Source: an uncultured Chitinophagaceae bacterium (GTDB taxonomy: Bacteria > Bacteroidota > Bacteroidia > Chitinophagales > CAIOSU01). Taken from it: 64,000 bases of DNA. A program made the translations under genes and the position numbers. The stretch covers positions 16 through 64,015 of the forward strand of contig CAZIZP010000006.1 in NCBI GenBank assembly GCA_964543705.1, written 5' to 3'. Shown one piece after another: positions 53,907-64,000 of this stretch (positions within the stretch are counted from its first letter, which is position 1; every line of letters begins with the position of its first letter). The notes under the pieces are model-generated. The model was not told the origin of the DNA and ran no database searches. It saw nothing but the letters and a program-made list of their open reading frames with translations.

Positions 53907-53984
53907 TCTCACAGGGTGTAACACATTATCAAAATACACACCAAATTTTTGCTTCGGTTTCTAAAAGCCTGAATAAACTTTATA

Positions 53985-54815
53985 TTATTTTTTGCCTGCA
54001 AAGGCTGCCACTAAAGCAGCAACAGCACCACTCACCAGTGCCGCAACAGTTGCAGCAGCCATAAGCAATATAGCCGAAGGGTTGGCCGCTTTATTGGGCA
54101 CCGTAGGTTTAGAAAGCAACTCAACTCCTTTAAGCAATTTTAAATCTTGCCTTGCCTGATAAACTTTTTCGTTTATGTTAACGGCTTCCAGGTGTATGTT
54201 GGAAGGAAAAATAATGTTAGAAGCAGTTTTAGCTTTATCGGCCAGTACCAGCGCAAGCGATTTTTTTAAGCTATCTAATCTCACCAGTTCGGTTTCTCCG
54301 TTTTTGGTAAATATCTCCAGTTCGCCCCTAATTACATTTAATCGGTTGCTGATGTATGGGCTGTTATCAAAATACTGCATAAAGCCATTACTAATTTCAG
54401 GAATGCTGTTGGGGTTGGCAACCTTCAGCGCAATATCGGCCGAATAAAAATCTTTTAGTGTAACCTTATTTCTGATTTCAATTTTTAAAATATCATCTGC
54501 CGCATCTTTTGAAATATTTAAGCGAGCAGCCAGCTCGTCATAGTTACCATCTTTTCTTAATTCAGAAAGCGCAGTAACCATAGGCTCTATAGTATTGCCT
54601 GTAAAATTTGCCGAGCCTACTGAAATTTTAGTGTAGTAATAAGGCTTCTGGCTGAAAACATAAAAGGCAGCAGCTAACATTACGGCTGTAAACACAATAA
54701 CAAATACCAGTATTTTTTCTTTAATTATAGTAAGTAAAGAATGTAAAGAAATAGCATCGCCTTCGCTTTCTTTAATTATGTATTTTATTTCTTCCACAGG
54801 AATAATTTGAAACAA
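53985..54815 (-). CDS. Wzz/PCP-like polysaccharide chain-length determinant (bitopic, two TM helices)
   Basis: 276 aa with a non-ATG (TTG) start. N-terminal TM ILVFVIVFTAVMLAAAFYVF and C-terminal TM AILLMAAATVAALVSGAVAALVAAFAG flank a predicted coiled region. The gene sits in a polysaccharide locus. Confidence 0.5.
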   Translation of the reverse strand: MFQIIPVEEIKYIIKESEGDAISLHSLLTIIKEKILVFVIVFTAVMLAAAFYVFSQKPYYYTKISVGSANFTGNTIEPMVTALSELRKDGNYDELAARLNISKDAADDILKIEIRNKVTLKDFYSADIALKVANPNSIPEISNGFMQYFDNSPYISNRLNVIRGELEIFTKNGETELVRLDSLKKSLALVLADKAKTASNIIFPSNIHLEAVNINEKVYQARQDLKLLKGVELLSKPTVPNKAANPSAILLMAAATVAALVSGAVAALVAAFAGKK

Positions 54816-54847
54816 ATATACTTCTAAAGCATCATTGGAATAAGGTT

Positions 54848-56194
54848 ATGAGTATTTTTACGCCATTGAAAGCTTCCATAAAATATTCCGACTTGTTGCT
54901 GAAACTGCTGTTTGTTTTAACAGCACTTGCGTGGAAACTAATGCTCGAATTTTACTACGAACTGTTCAGCAAAGATTTTGGCTATTACGGTATGATATAT
55001 GCCTCGAGAGATGGCTATAACCTTTCATTTTCTTATACAGCAGTTGCTGTTATAGCAGCATTTATTCCCGTGCAGGTTCGCAAGCCTTCGTGGGTTATTA
55101 TTACCCTGTTGTTTTTGTTTTGTTTTATTCCCATATCGGTTGTGTTTAGTGGTAACGAGCATCATCCGGCTATGGGCTTTTATGGATTAAGTTTTTGTTT
55201 TTTGTTGCTGATACTTTTTCAGCAAATAAACTTTTTTCCGGCTTTCAGTTCGCGCAACTATCTGAAACTCGACTCACTGAATGGTGTGCTGGCCGGGTTT
55301 TATGCCTTATCGTTTTTGGCAATAGCAGCCTATTATGGTTTTGCGCTTAAGTGGGTAAGCTTTGCCGATGTTTACGATACCCGTGCTGAATATGCCGGAC
55401 AATCTAACAGGCTGATTGGCTATTTGTATGGCTGGCTAAGCCATGTTATTAATATTGCCTTAATGCTTTACGCATGGAACAGAAAAAACTATGCGCTGTT
55501 TGCAATGGCAATAGCAGTACAGCTTTATTTATATACGCTGGGCGGACATAAATCTGTACTGTTAATAATTCCTTTTGTTTTTTGGGTTTGGGCAGGTGTA
55601 AAATTTGCTTCAAGGGCGTTGTCGTTATATTTATTATTTACCCTTTTTACCATTACTACTTTACTTTTTTATGGCGATTTTCAAAACGGGCAATACAGCA
55701 ATGCCGCATCGCTTTTTGTAAGAAGAAACCTGCTGTTGCCCGCTCAAATATATTTTCATTTTATTGAGTTTTTTGAAAACAATTACTACGACTACTTTGC
55801 ACAAAATTTTCCATTCAATCTGTTATACGAAACCAAATACAACGAAAAGCTGCCTGCACTTATAGGAAAAACTTATTTCACTTTTAAAGAAGGCATTTAT
55901 GCCAACGGCAATATTTTTGCCGATATGTTTGCCAATATGGGTTATGTTTCATTTGTGCTGGGCGCGGTTGTTTTATCTGCGCTGTTAAAACTGCTCGATA
56001 CAGTTACTAAAGACAAAAACCTGCTGTTTGTATTACCAATGGCTGCGGTAACTATTGTAACGCTAAGCAATAGCGGGTTGATAGTAAATCTTATTACTCA
56101 TGGCATTTTAATGATGGTAATATTGCTAAGGTGGTATCCTAAAACACTTTTTTATTTACGATTTAATAAAGCTGAAAAAGATACCCTTGTCTAA
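54848..56194 (+). CDS. Polytopic membrane protein, O-antigen/EPS polymerase (Wzy)-like
   Basis: 448 aa with about 11 hydrophobic helices and no diagnostic motif. The call rests on topology and operon context. Confidence 0.45.
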   Translation: MSIFTPLKASIKYSDLLLKLLFVLTALAWKLMLEFYYELFSKDFGYYGMIYASRDGYNLSFSYTAVAVIAAFIPVQVRKPSWVIITLLFLFCFIPISVVFSGNEHHPAMGFYGLSFCFLLLILFQQINFFPAFSSRNYLKLDSLNGVLAGFYALSFLAIAAYYGFALKWVSFADVYDTRAEYAGQSNRLIGYLYGWLSHVINIALMLYAWNRKNYALFAMAIAVQLYLYTLGGHKSVLLIIPFVFWVWAGVKFASRALSLYLLFTLFTITTLLFYGDFQNGQYSNAASLFVRRNLLLPAQIYFHFIEFFENNYYDYFAQNFPFNLLYETKYNEKLPALIGKTYFTFKEGIYANGNIFADMFANMGYVSFVLGAVVLSALLKLLDTVTKDKNLLFVLPMAAVTIVTLSNSGLIVNLITHGILMMVILLRWYPKTLFYLRFNKAEKDTLV

Positions 56195-57290
56195 ATTAAT
56201 TTGCCATATAACCACCGTGCATAAAAGCAAAGACATGCGCATTTTTTACAAAGAATGTGTATCGCTGGCAAAGCATGGTTTTAATGTTAAACTTATTGTA
56301 ATTAATGGCGAAAGCGAAACCCTTGATGGCGTTGAAATTATTGGCGTGCCTTGCACATTTAATTCTAAGCTGCAACGCTTTTTAAAAGCCGGAAAAGCTG
56401 CTTATGAAAAGGCTTTGCAACTTAACGCTGCGGTGTATCATTTTCACGACCCCGAGTTTTTGTGGTATGGTTATAAACTAATGCAGCAAGGCAAAAAAGT
56501 TATTTACGATGCCCATGAAGATGTGCCAAGACAAATTTTAGGCAAGGCCTGGATACCTGCTGTTTTAAGAAAGCCCTTTTCTTTTTTGTTTGAAAAGTTT
56601 GAAAACTTTTTGGCGGCCCGATTAACGGGCATTGTTACCGTTACCGATTTTATTGAAGCACGTTTTTTGAAAGTAAACCCCAATACCATCACGGTAAAAA
56701 ACTTCCCCATACTTTCTATGCTGCCGCAACCGGGCAATTGGGAAAATAAAAAAGACCAGCTATGCTATATTGGCGATATTACCCGTGTAAGAGGTATTAT
56801 TGAAATGGTAAAGCCTTTAGAAAATTTGCCTGTACAACTGGCTTTGGGCGGTAAATTTTCTCAGGCAGGGTTAAGAGAAGAAACGGTGCAGTTAGCCGGC
56901 TGGCAAAATGTTATAGAATATGGTTTTGTTAACCGAGAGCAAGCCAAAGAAATGCTGGCGCAATCGAAAATTGGTTTGGTATTGCTGCACCCTATTATTA
57001 ACTATCAGGATGCCTTGCCGGTGAAGCTGTTTGAATTTATGGCTGCGGGCATTCCGGTAATTGCTTCTAATTTGCGCTTGCAAAAACAAATTGTAGAAGA
57101 AAACAACTGCGGTATGGTAGTAGATATTTTTGATACCAAAGCGGTACAGGAAGCCATACTGTTTTTAATAAACAACCCCGAACAAGCCAAAGCCATGGGC
57201 AACAACGGCCGCAAAGCAGTAGAAGAAAAATTTAGCTGGGGGAAGGAGGAGGAGAAGTTAATATCACTCTATAAATCTCTCATAAAATAG
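56187..57290 (+). CDS. Glycosyltransferase family 4 (GT-B)
   Basis: 367 aa. The TTG start overlaps the previous gene by 8 nt. N-terminal ICHITTVHKSKDMRIFYKE. C-terminal LPVKLFEFMAAGIPVIAS (E-x7-E region). Confidence 0.8.
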   Translation: MSKLICHITTVHKSKDMRIFYKECVSLAKHGFNVKLIVINGESETLDGVEIIGVPCTFNSKLQRFLKAGKAAYEKALQLNAAVYHFHDPEFLWYGYKLMQQGKKVIYDAHEDVPRQILGKAWIPAVLRKPFSFLFEKFENFLAARLTGIVTVTDFIEARFLKVNPNTITVKNFPILSMLPQPGNWENKKDQLCYIGDITRVRGIIEMVKPLENLPVQLALGGKFSQAGLREETVQLAGWQNVIEYGFVNREQAKEMLAQSKIGLVLLHPIINYQDALPVKLFEFMAAGIPVIASNLRLQKQIVEENNCGMVVDIFDTKAVQEAILFLINNPEQAKAMGNNGRKAVEEKFSWGKEEEKLISLYKSLIK

Positions 57291-57291
57291 A

Positions 57292-58038
57292 ATGAAACCA
57301 ATCATCTCCATCATCACGCCCGTTTATAATGCAGCCGCTTTTATTGCTGAAACCATTCAATCGGTTTTAAACCAAACTTATCCTCATTGGGAAATGATTT
57401 TGGTTGATGATGTTTCTAGTGATAATTCTGTAGCAGTTATCAATTCTTTTCAAGATGAAAGAATTCAGTTAATTCAGTTAGAAAAAAACTCGGGGCCTGC
57501 CGTTGCCCGCAACACGGCTATTCTGCAAGCCAAAGGACAATACATTGCTTTTTTAGACAGCGATGATTTTTGGCTGCCCGAAAAACTGGAAAAGCAACTG
57601 GCTTTTATGCAGCAAAAGAAATGTGCCATAGTACATTCGGCTTATGAAATAATGGATGCCAGAGGCAACAGAACGGGCAAAATAATTTCAGCACCCGAAA
57701 AACTTACTTACAACCAACTGCTCAACTACAATTATATTGGTTGCCTAACGGGCATGTATGATACTGAAAAAACAGGTAAAGTATTAATGCCCAATATTGC
57801 AAAGCGACAAGATTATGGTTTGTGGCTGGCAATTTTGCGCATGGGGCACACCGCCTGTTTTCAGCATGAGGTATTGGCCTTGTATAGAACGGGCAGGGCT
57901 TCTGTTTCGAGCAACAAAGCCGCCACCGCTTCTTACAACTGGAAAATACTTCGCGATATTGAAAAGCTTCCTTTATGGAAAGCAGCCTGGCATTTTGGTG
58001 TTTATACTTTTTTGGGTTTTAAGAAATATTACTTCTGA
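57292..58038 (+). CDS. Glycosyltransferase family 2 (GT-A)
   Basis: ISIITPVYNAAAFIAETIQSVLNQTYPHWEMILVDDVSSD... and FLDSDDFW (DxD). Confidence 0.85.
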   Translation: MKPIISIITPVYNAAAFIAETIQSVLNQTYPHWEMILVDDVSSDNSVAVINSFQDERIQLIQLEKNSGPAVARNTAILQAKGQYIAFLDSDDFWLPEKLEKQLAFMQQKKCAIVHSAYEIMDARGNRTGKIISAPEKLTYNQLLNYNYIGCLTGMYDTEKTGKVLMPNIAKRQDYGLWLAILRMGHTACFQHEVLALYRTGRASVSSNKAATASYNWKILRDIEKLPLWKAAWHFGVYTFLGFKKYYF

Positions 58039-58101
58039 AAGATTTGCATTTTTGCGCAGGCAACTAACTAATATTTATAACTAAAAACTATTTTCGTTTT
58101 T

Positions 58102-59532
58102 GTGAACAGGTCTAAAAGAAGAAGAGATAATTTTCAGTCGGTATTTCGCAAATACTTTTTATTCTTTTGCGATATACTGTTGCTGGGCTTTTCTTTAATG
58201 ATATATCTTATTTTCTTCGAGCCCACCATAAACGATTTTAGTGATACCACAAAGGCTGACCCCAGTTGGTTTATTGTGCTTATACTTATATGGGTGGCTT
58301 ATTCTTACTTTTTCAATTTATACTCGGTAGTTAATGCCTCAAAAACCGATGAAATAATAAAACGCACTTTCTTTGTTGCCTTCTTCACCTCGCTTACTTA
58401 TTTGTTTATCCCTTTTTTAAGTCCGGTTTTCCCTTCGCATCGGTTGCCATTTTATTTTTTTCTTTTGCAAATAACACTCACCATGTCAATATGGCATTTC
58501 ATATTTGCCACACTATTTAAAAATCCTATTCTTGAAAAGCGTGCAATTATAGTAGGCGCAGGATGGTCGGGAAGAGAAATAGCAAGAGTATTGTTGAAAG
58601 ACGAAAAAATTTACCGCGAAAAAGCCTATAAAATTTTTGGGTTTATTGATGATGACTATAACAAAATTGGTAAAGATTATGAAGGGCTAAGAGTAGTTGC
58701 CAACTCTGATGAATTGCCCAAGTATGCAAGGCGTTTAAAGTTAGATGAAATAATAGTTGCCGTGCCTTACGATAAATCTATTAAAGGCAAACTATACAAT
58801 GCGCTGTTGCTTTGCGAACAAGAGTATGATATTGTAGCCAAGCCTGTAAACGAATTGTATGAAGAAGCAACAGGTATGGTAATGGTAAAACAAAAAGAAA
58901 ATGAGTTTTACCTCAACTACCCCTACCCTGTTAAACGCACCGCAGATTTGTATACGTTGCTGAACCGACTGGTAAATATTGGCATTGGTCTGGTGGGTGT
59001 CTTTATTCTTATTACCGCCATTCCATTTGTGTGGTTAGGCAATTTATTTTTTAACAGAGGGCCGTTGTTCTATAGCCAAACCCGTGTGGGCCTTAAAAGC
59101 AAAAACTTTACTATTTACAAATTCAGAACCATGGTGCCTAATGCCGAAAAAAATACCGGGGCAGTGTGGGCACAAAAAAACGATGCCCGCATCACCGCAA
59201 TGGGCAAGTGGCTGCGTAAATCCAGGGTAGATGAATTACCTCAATTCTGGAACATATTAGCTGGCGAAATGAACCTGATTGGCCCTCGCCCCGAGCGACC
59301 TGAATTTGTAGAAAAACTTTTAGTTACCATACCTTTTTATAATACACGCCACTTGGTAAAACCGGGCATTACCGGCTGGGCACAGGTAAACTATAAATAT
59401 GGAAACGAAGACATTGATTCGCTGCGTAAACTTCAATACGATTTGTATTACATAAAATACCGTTCAGTATTACTAGATATTATAACTGTACTTAGAACCT
59501 TTGGTGTAGTAGCTAAATTTAAAGGTATGTAA
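58102..59532 (+). CDS. Polyprenyl-phosphate glycosyl-1-phosphate transferase (WbaP/EpsB-type priming sugar transferase)
   Basis: 476 aa, GTG start. N-terminal TM helices and a Rossmann-like IIVGAGWSGREIA. C-terminal bacterial sugar transferase core PLFYSQTRVG...YKFRTM...DARIT..GKWLRKSRVDELPQFWNIL.GEMNLIGPRPERPEF. Confidence 0.88.
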   Translation: MNRSKRRRDNFQSVFRKYFLFFCDILLLGFSLMIYLIFFEPTINDFSDTTKADPSWFIVLILIWVAYSYFFNLYSVVNASKTDEIIKRTFFVAFFTSLTYLFIPFLSPVFPSHRLPFYFFLLQITLTMSIWHFIFATLFKNPILEKRAIIVGAGWSGREIARVLLKDEKIYREKAYKIFGFIDDDYNKIGKDYEGLRVVANSDELPKYARRLKLDEIIVAVPYDKSIKGKLYNALLLCEQEYDIVAKPVNELYEEATGMVMVKQKENEFYLNYPYPVKRTADLYTLLNRLVNIGIGLVGVFILITAIPFVWLGNLFFNRGPLFYSQTRVGLKSKNFTIYKFRTMVPNAEKNTGAVWAQKNDARITAMGKWLRKSRVDELPQFWNILAGEMNLIGPRPERPEFVEKLLVTIPFYNTRHLVKPGITGWAQVNYKYGNEDIDSLRKLQYDLYYIKYRSVLLDIITVLRTFGVVAKFKGM

Positions 59533-60758
59533 TGGGTAGTTTTTTAAATACCATAACCTCTGTTCATCAATTAATATTATTCTGTTCGGTACTGGTAGTG
59601 GTTTCGCTTCCCTTCGGAAAAAATTTTAGCACCATACCCATGATATTGTTAGTTATATCATGGTTGTTTAATTTCAAGAAAGAAAATATTGTTGCCTTAA
59701 TAAAAGAAAAATACTTCTGGATTTTTACAGCATTATTCTGGATGGCGTTTATAGGTGTACCCTTTGCCAACAATACTGCCCGTGCTGCTTTCATTATTAA
59801 GTTGTATTTGCCACTATTAATATTTCCTGTTGTTTTTTTTACCACAACCATAAGTAAACAAAACCTGCTTTCTATTTTTCGATGGTTTATTATTGGTGCT
59901 TTTGCAGCCACAGTTTGGTGCATTTTGTTGGCTGCTTATCACTCTTATAATGGAGAAAAAAATGCTTTTTTCTATACCAAGCTTTCTATTATTCACCCCA
60001 CTTACTTTGCTACTTATCTCAATTTTGTACTTATACTTTTAGGCAACTACTTTGCCACACAACACCAAAAACTAAGCCGTTTAAAAAAGATATTACTTAC
60101 ACTGCTAATAGCCTATTTTATAGTATTTATTATTTTGCTTTCTTCACGCGTTGCCATTATTTCAATTGCATTTGTGTTTAATGGCTTGGTAATTTTTCAC
60201 TTTCTGAAAAAGCGTTTTGCAACTGTTACTTTTATAGTACTTATTTCTTTAAACTTAATTCCGGTATTGGTAGCAATAAACAGCCCGATAATTGAAAAAC
60301 GTTTTTCAGAATTACAACACTTAAATAAAATGAAAAACAACAGCATAATTGAAAATAGTACCAACAGCCGACTTATTATTTGGAAAGCAGCTTTCAGTTT
60401 AATAAAAGAAAATTTTTGGACAGGCCTTGGTTCAGGCGATGTTACCGATGAACTGGTAAAAACTTATGAAGAAGATAATTTTAAAAAAGGGCAACAAAAA
60501 CGCTACAATGCACACAATCAATACTTGCAGGTTTGGCTGGCTTATGGTGTGTTTGGCTTGCTTATTTTTCTTTCAGGCTTTTATATTTTTTATGCTGCTG
60601 CCATACAAAATGACGATAGTGTTTATCTCATTTTTCTAATTCTTGTTTCATTAGTATTTCTTACCGAAACATTTTTAAACAGCCAGAGCGGTGTGGTGTT
60701 TTTTGCTTTTTTCAATAGCCTGCTGTTTGCTTTTAACAAAGCGAAAGCAACTAAGTAA
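59532..60758 (+). CDS. O-antigen ligase / Wzy_C family membrane protein
   Basis: 408 aa with a TAATG overlap with the previous gene. Polytopic. The periplasmic loop SRLIIWKAAFSLIKENFWTGLGSGD...YNAHNQYLQVWLAYG is typical of the family. Confidence 0.75.
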   Translation: MGSFLNTITSVHQLILFCSVLVVVSLPFGKNFSTIPMILLVISWLFNFKKENIVALIKEKYFWIFTALFWMAFIGVPFANNTARAAFIIKLYLPLLIFPVVFFTTTISKQNLLSIFRWFIIGAFAATVWCILLAAYHSYNGEKNAFFYTKLSIIHPTYFATYLNFVLILLGNYFATQHQKLSRLKKILLTLLIAYFIVFIILLSSRVAIISIAFVFNGLVIFHFLKKRFATVTFIVLISLNLIPVLVAINSPIIEKRFSELQHLNKMKNNSIIENSTNSRLIIWKAAFSLIKENFWTGLGSGDVTDELVKTYEEDNFKKGQQKRYNAHNQYLQVWLAYGVFGLLIFLSGFYIFYAAAIQNDDSVYLIFLILVSLVFLTETFLNSQSGVVFFAFFNSLLFAFNKAKATK

Positions 60759-61323
60759 GTGCCTTTAATATCATGCTGTCAACTGTAAAGTGCAAGTCTC
60801 TGGGTTTTAGTTTGCGCCATAAAAGAGCATTCAGTTTTTCTCCGGCACTTAAGTAGTAAAAAATATTGTTGCTGCGCATTTCATCTAAAACATGTTGCCT
60901 GAAATTAATTAATGCAATCCAGCCACCTTCATCTTTTATATCATCAAACCATTCTTCATAATAGCAATCGTCTGATGCATGAAAATTCAATACGTTTTCA
61001 CCAATTAAAATAAAACGCACAATGCCCTCTTTCAGCATAGGGTCAATAATATCACGCTTCAAAATCATAATATCGTTGGTAATGGCATCATTCCATTCGC
61101 CAATAAATTCTATAATAGCAAACTGTTGTTCGTAATCAGCAAATAATACCTTTAAATACATGGTTGAAGAGCCAAAGTAATCCCACTGCGGATGAATGTA
61201 GTAGTTATAAATCGTATTGGTGTATTCAAACTCGTTATGTTGGGTTTCAAAAAAAGGCGATAACGGGTCTTCTTCAGCAGTATAGTAATCGCGCCAGCCG
61301 TAATAAGGTTCTATTTCGTGCAT
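60751..61323 (-). CDS. Conserved-looking hypothetical cytoplasmic protein
   Basis: 190 aa, acidic and aromatic-rich, with no recognised motif. Its 3' end overlaps the convergent ligase gene by 8 nt. Confidence 0.6.
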   Translation of the reverse strand: MHEIEPYYGWRDYYTAEEDPLSPFFETQHNEFEYTNTIYNYYIHPQWDYFGSSTMYLKVLFADYEQQFAIIEFIGEWNDAITNDIMILKRDIIDPMLKEGIVRFILIGENVLNFHASDDCYYEEWFDDIKDEGGWIALINFRQHVLDEMRSNNIFYYLSAGEKLNALLWRKLKPRDLHFTVDSMILKALT

Positions 61324-61329
61324 TTAAAG

Positions 61330-61371
61330 TTTTTAGTTATCAGTTTGCAGTTATCTGTATTCAGTTTTCCG
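61330..61371. repeat. Six in-phase TTWTCAG-type heptads directly abutting the start codon of 60751..61323
   Basis: TTTTTAG TTATCAG TTTGCAG TTATCTG TATTCAG TTTTCCG. These are the same heptad words as at 24889-24990 and 49501-49690, in the same sense orientation relative to the downstream gene. Confidence 0.7.
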
Positions 61372-61599
61372 GTAATAAAGTTATAGTTACAAGCTAATTT
61401 TTCATAAACAGCTATAAAAACATTTTACCCAACACCATAAAAAACTATTTGTTCCTGAAACGCTACAAGGCGTGTAATAATTGTTGAAAACACTACTTGG
61501 TATTGTCTTTTAATGGTTGTTTCTTATTGTTATTATTGCATACCTAAAGCACAAGGTGCTTAACTTAGAACATACAACTTATAACTTACTACTTTCAAA

Positions 61600-63459
61600 A
61601 TGGCACAACAACATAATTATACCGAAGACAATATTCGCTCGCTCGATTGGAAAGAGCACATTCGCCTGCGCCCGGGCATGTATATTGGCAAACTAGGCGA
61701 TGGTTCTTCGCCCGATGATGGCATATATGTATTGCTGAAAGAAATTATCGACAACTCGATAGACGAGTATGTAATGGGTTTCGGAAAACGCATAGACATA
61801 AAAGTTTCTGATGAAGAAGTGCGTGTACGCGATTATGGTCGTGGCATTCCGTTGGGTAAGGTTATAGATTGCGTTTCAAAAATTAATACAGGCGGAAAGT
61901 ACGATAGCGAAGCCTTTCAGAAATCTGTAGGGCTGAATGGCGTGGGTACAAAGGCAGTAAACGCACTTTCTACACGCTTTATCGTTACAGCTTTTCGCGA
62001 TGGACAATGCAAGAAAGCCGAATTTTCAAAAGGCGAATTAGTAGTAGATCATAAGATTACCAAAACCGATGAGAAAGACGGCACAGAAATGGTTTTTACA
62101 CCCGATGATACGGTGTTTAAGAAGTTTCATTTTATTGCTGAATATGTAGAAGCGCAAATAAGAAACTATACGTATTTGAATGCAGGCTTAGCCATTTATT
62201 TCAACGGGCAACAATACATTTCTAAAAACGGCTTACTGGATTTATTAACCGATAAAACTGATGCCGATGAATTGCGCTACCCCATTATTCATTTAAAAGG
62301 AAAAGATATTGAAGTAGCCTTAACACACGGCAATCAATATGGCGAGGAATATTATTCTTTCGTAAACGGACAATACACTACACAAGGCGGCACACACTTA
62401 GCGGCTTTCCGTGAAGCAGTAGTAAAAACGGCTCGCGATTTTTATAAAAAAGATTTCGATGCCGAAGATATTCGCACTGCTATTATTGGTGCTATAAGTG
62501 TTCGTGTGCAAGAGCCTGTTTTCGAGTCGCAAACCAAAACCAAATTAGGCTCGCTCAATATGGGTCCCGATGGCCCAACCGTGCGTGGCTACATCAACGA
62601 TTTTGTAAGAAAAGATTTAGACGATTATTTACACAAGCACCCCGAAACAGCCGATATTCTTTTAAAAAGAATTTTGCAAAGCGAGCGTGAACGTAAAGAA
62701 ATAGCCGGCATTAAAAAGCTTGCCAATCAACGAGCTAAAAAAGCCAATCTGCATAATAAAAAACTGCGCGACTGCCGCTACCATTACGATGAAAACAAAG
62801 GCGAGCTTTCCGATAAATCTACCATATTTATTACCGAGGGCGATTCGGCAAGCGGCTCTATTACCAAGGCCCGCAATCCTGAATATCAGGCTGTGTTTAG
62901 TTTGCGTGGTAAGCCGCTTAACTGTTTCGGCTTAACCAAAAAAGTAGTGTATGAAAACGAAGAATTTAATTTGCTGCAACATGCTTTAAATATTGAAGAC
63001 AGCATGGACGACCTGCGCTATAACAAAGTAGTAGTGGCAACCGATGCCGATGTAGATGGCATGCACATTCGTTTGTTGCTGCTTACTTTCTTCTTACAGT
63101 TTTTTCCCGATTTGGTAAAGAAAGGGCATGTGCATGTTTTAGAAACGCCACTTTTCCGTGTAAGAAACAAAAAAGAAACCATTTATTGCTACAGCGAAGA
63201 AGAGAAGCAAGAAGCAATGAAGAAGCTGGGTAGCAAGCCGGAAATAACCCGCTTTAAAGGTTTAGGCGAAATTTCTCCCGATGAGTTCGGACAGTTTATT
63301 GGCGATGATATTCGCCTTACCCGTGTTTCTATGGATAAAGAAATGGCCATAAAAAACCTGTTAGAATATTACATGGGCAAAAACACTATGGAACGCCAAA
63401 ACTTTATTATAGAAAACCTGAGAATAGAAATGGACAGGCCCGTTGAGGCTGAAGTATAA
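61600..63459 (+). CDS. parE: Type IIA topoisomerase subunit B, topoisomerase IV ParE-type
   Basis: 619 aa. GHKL ATPase LRPGMYIG...EIIDNSIDE...GRGIP...GLNGVG. Toprim EGDSASG...[10 protein letters not shown]. The short length and N-terminus fit Bacteroidota ParE rather than GyrB. Confidence 0.88.
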   Translation: MAQQHNYTEDNIRSLDWKEHIRLRPGMYIGKLGDGSSPDDGIYVLLKEIIDNSIDEYVMGFGKRIDIKVSDEEVRVRDYGRGIPLGKVIDCVSKINTGGKYDSEAFQKSVGLNGVGTKAVNALSTRFIVTAFRDGQCKKAEFSKGELVVDHKITKTDEKDGTEMVFTPDDTVFKKFHFIAEYVEAQIRNYTYLNAGLAIYFNGQQYISKNGLLDLLTDKTDADELRYPIIHLKGKDIEVALTHGNQYGEEYYSFVNGQYTTQGGTHLAAFREAVVKTARDFYKKDFDAEDIRTAIIGAISVRVQEPVFESQTKTKLGSLNMGPDGPTVRGYINDFVRKDLDDYLHKHPETADILLKRILQSERERKEIAGIKKLANQRAKKANLHNKKLRDCRYHYDENKGELSDKSTIFITEGDSASGSITKARNPEYQAVFSLRGKPLNCFGLTKKVVYENEEFNLLQHALNIEDSMDDLRYNKVVVATDADVDGMHIRLLLLTFFLQFFPDLVKKGHVHVLETPLFRVRNKKETIYCYSEEEKQEAMKKLGSKPEITRFKGLGEISPDEFGQFIGDDIRLTRVSMDKEMAIKNLLEYYMGKNTMERQNFIIENLRIEMDRPVEAEV

Positions 63460-63592
63460 CTTAGTAAAATTGTTGTTTTGCTAAAATATTTCAGAATAAA
63501 TAAAAATCCCCTCGTTGAGATAAGGATAAAATTTCGTTGAGACAAAACCCACTCTAAAGTAAATTAGGGCTAATAAGTTTAATAAACAAAAA

Positions 63593-63620
63593 AGTCCTCG
63601 ACTAACAAAAGTTGAGGACT
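63593..63620. terminator. Bidirectional-looking terminator hairpin between parE and the cytochrome oxidase gene
   Basis: AAAAAA-AGTCCTC-gactaacaaaagtt-GAGGACT-TTGATTT. It lies about 23 nt from the stop of the minus-strand gene at 63643. Confidence 0.6.
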
Positions 63621-63642
63621 TTGATTTATAAACTGAAAGATG

Positions 63643-64000
63643 TTACGACACCTTGTGCCCTTGCTTCTCCAGTTCTTTAATTTCTGCTTCAGTATAAGGT
63701 TCAGTTTGAGGAATAAAGTCTCTTCCGTCTTTACTGTAATCATAAGGCCAGCGGTGTACTTCAGGCAATGCGCCTTCCCAGTTGCCATGTCCGGGGTTAA
63801 CCGGTGTAGTCCATTCTAAGGTAGTGGCACCCCAAGGGTTCAATTCAGTAACCTCTCTGCCTTTATACATGCTATAGAAATAGTTATACAAGAAAACCAT
63901 CTGAACCAAAAATGCCACTATAGCAAACACGGTAATAAACACGTTCATATCAGAATATTGGTTAAACTGCTCAAAAGCATCAAACTGAAAATAACGTCTT
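63643..64000 (-). CDS. Cytochrome c oxidase subunit I (heme-copper oxidase), C-terminal part; 5' end outside window
   Basis: The frame is open to the window edge. The last TM helix is followed by ELNPWGATTLEWTTP, typical of subunit I C-termini. Confidence 0.75.
   Translation of the reverse strand, partial: RRYFQFDAFEQFNQYSDMNVFITVFAIVAFLVQMVFLYNYFYSMYKGREVTELNPWGATTLEWTTPVNPGHGNWEGALPEVHRWPYDYSKDGRDFIPQTEPYTEAEIKELEKQGHKVS

Noticed and set aside
8541-53939. N-terminal extensions in the ORF track (8541, 15816, 17857, 18438, 41733, 53939) that begin at TTG or GTG.
   Set aside because: In each case a downstream ATG gives a canonical signal peptide or the expected family N-terminus, and for 17857 it removes an overlap with the upstream gene. 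Starts were trimmed accordingly. They remain predictions.
1-64000. Search for a diversity-generating retroelement, invertase-controlled promoter, transposase, integrase, phage genes, toxin partner for the YwqK-like gene, tRNA or rRNA.
   Set aside because: No ORF shows reverse-transcriptase, recombinase, transposase or phage hallmark motifs. No cloverleaf-like or rRNA-like sequence was seen in the intergenic regions. No toxin-like gene lies adjacent to 48184..49044.

Overview
This window looks like Bacteroidota chromosome. It has T9SS C-terminal sorting domains of both type A and type B, PorP/SprF, SprB-type repeats and TTTG/TAnnTTTG-like promoter boxes. The exact taxon cannot be set without a database search. 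Roughly half of the 64 kb encodes ten secreted or cell-surface proteins. Five of them are 990-1660 aa adhesin-like giants. A classic type-B T9SS operon (two paralogous about 1600-aa adhesins, an OmpA/TPR/PD40 protein and PorP/SprF) lies at 26.4-38.9 kb. Recognisable housekeeping genes are pckA, dprA, parE and the 3' end of a cytochrome c oxidase subunit I gene. Also present are a MazG-like gene, a DUF1214/DUF1254 pair, an SPFH protein, a lipoyl-less E2-type acyltransferase, a Rieske oxygenase, an amine oxidase, two OM beta-barrels and a membrane SpoIIE/PP2C phosphatase. An O-antigen/EPS-like locus (Wzz-like, Wzy-like, GT4, GT2, priming sugar transferase, O-antigen-ligase family) spans 54.0-60.8 kb. 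I found no rRNA, tRNA, CRISPR, transposase, integrase or recombinase gene. The most unusual content is non-coding. Two paralogous, mutually inverted loci (about 25.08-25.31 kb and 47.51-47.95 kb) each consist of a conserved about 110-bp leader followed by a spacer-less tandem array. The leader carries a promoter-like box and a conserved ATG. The array unit is 42 bp with two palindromes, present in about 2.7 and about 7.5 copies. Each locus lies divergent to a T9SS cargo gene across a heptanucleotide-phased low-complexity element. The loci are associated with a 65-bp hairpin repeat family and with AT-rich cassettes encoding small immunity-like proteins. A secreted lysyl-oxidase-like domain with intact Cu and LTQ residues is a second notable item. 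All domain calls are motif recognition by eye. Hand-indexed coordinates of non-ORF features may be off by 1-2 nt.
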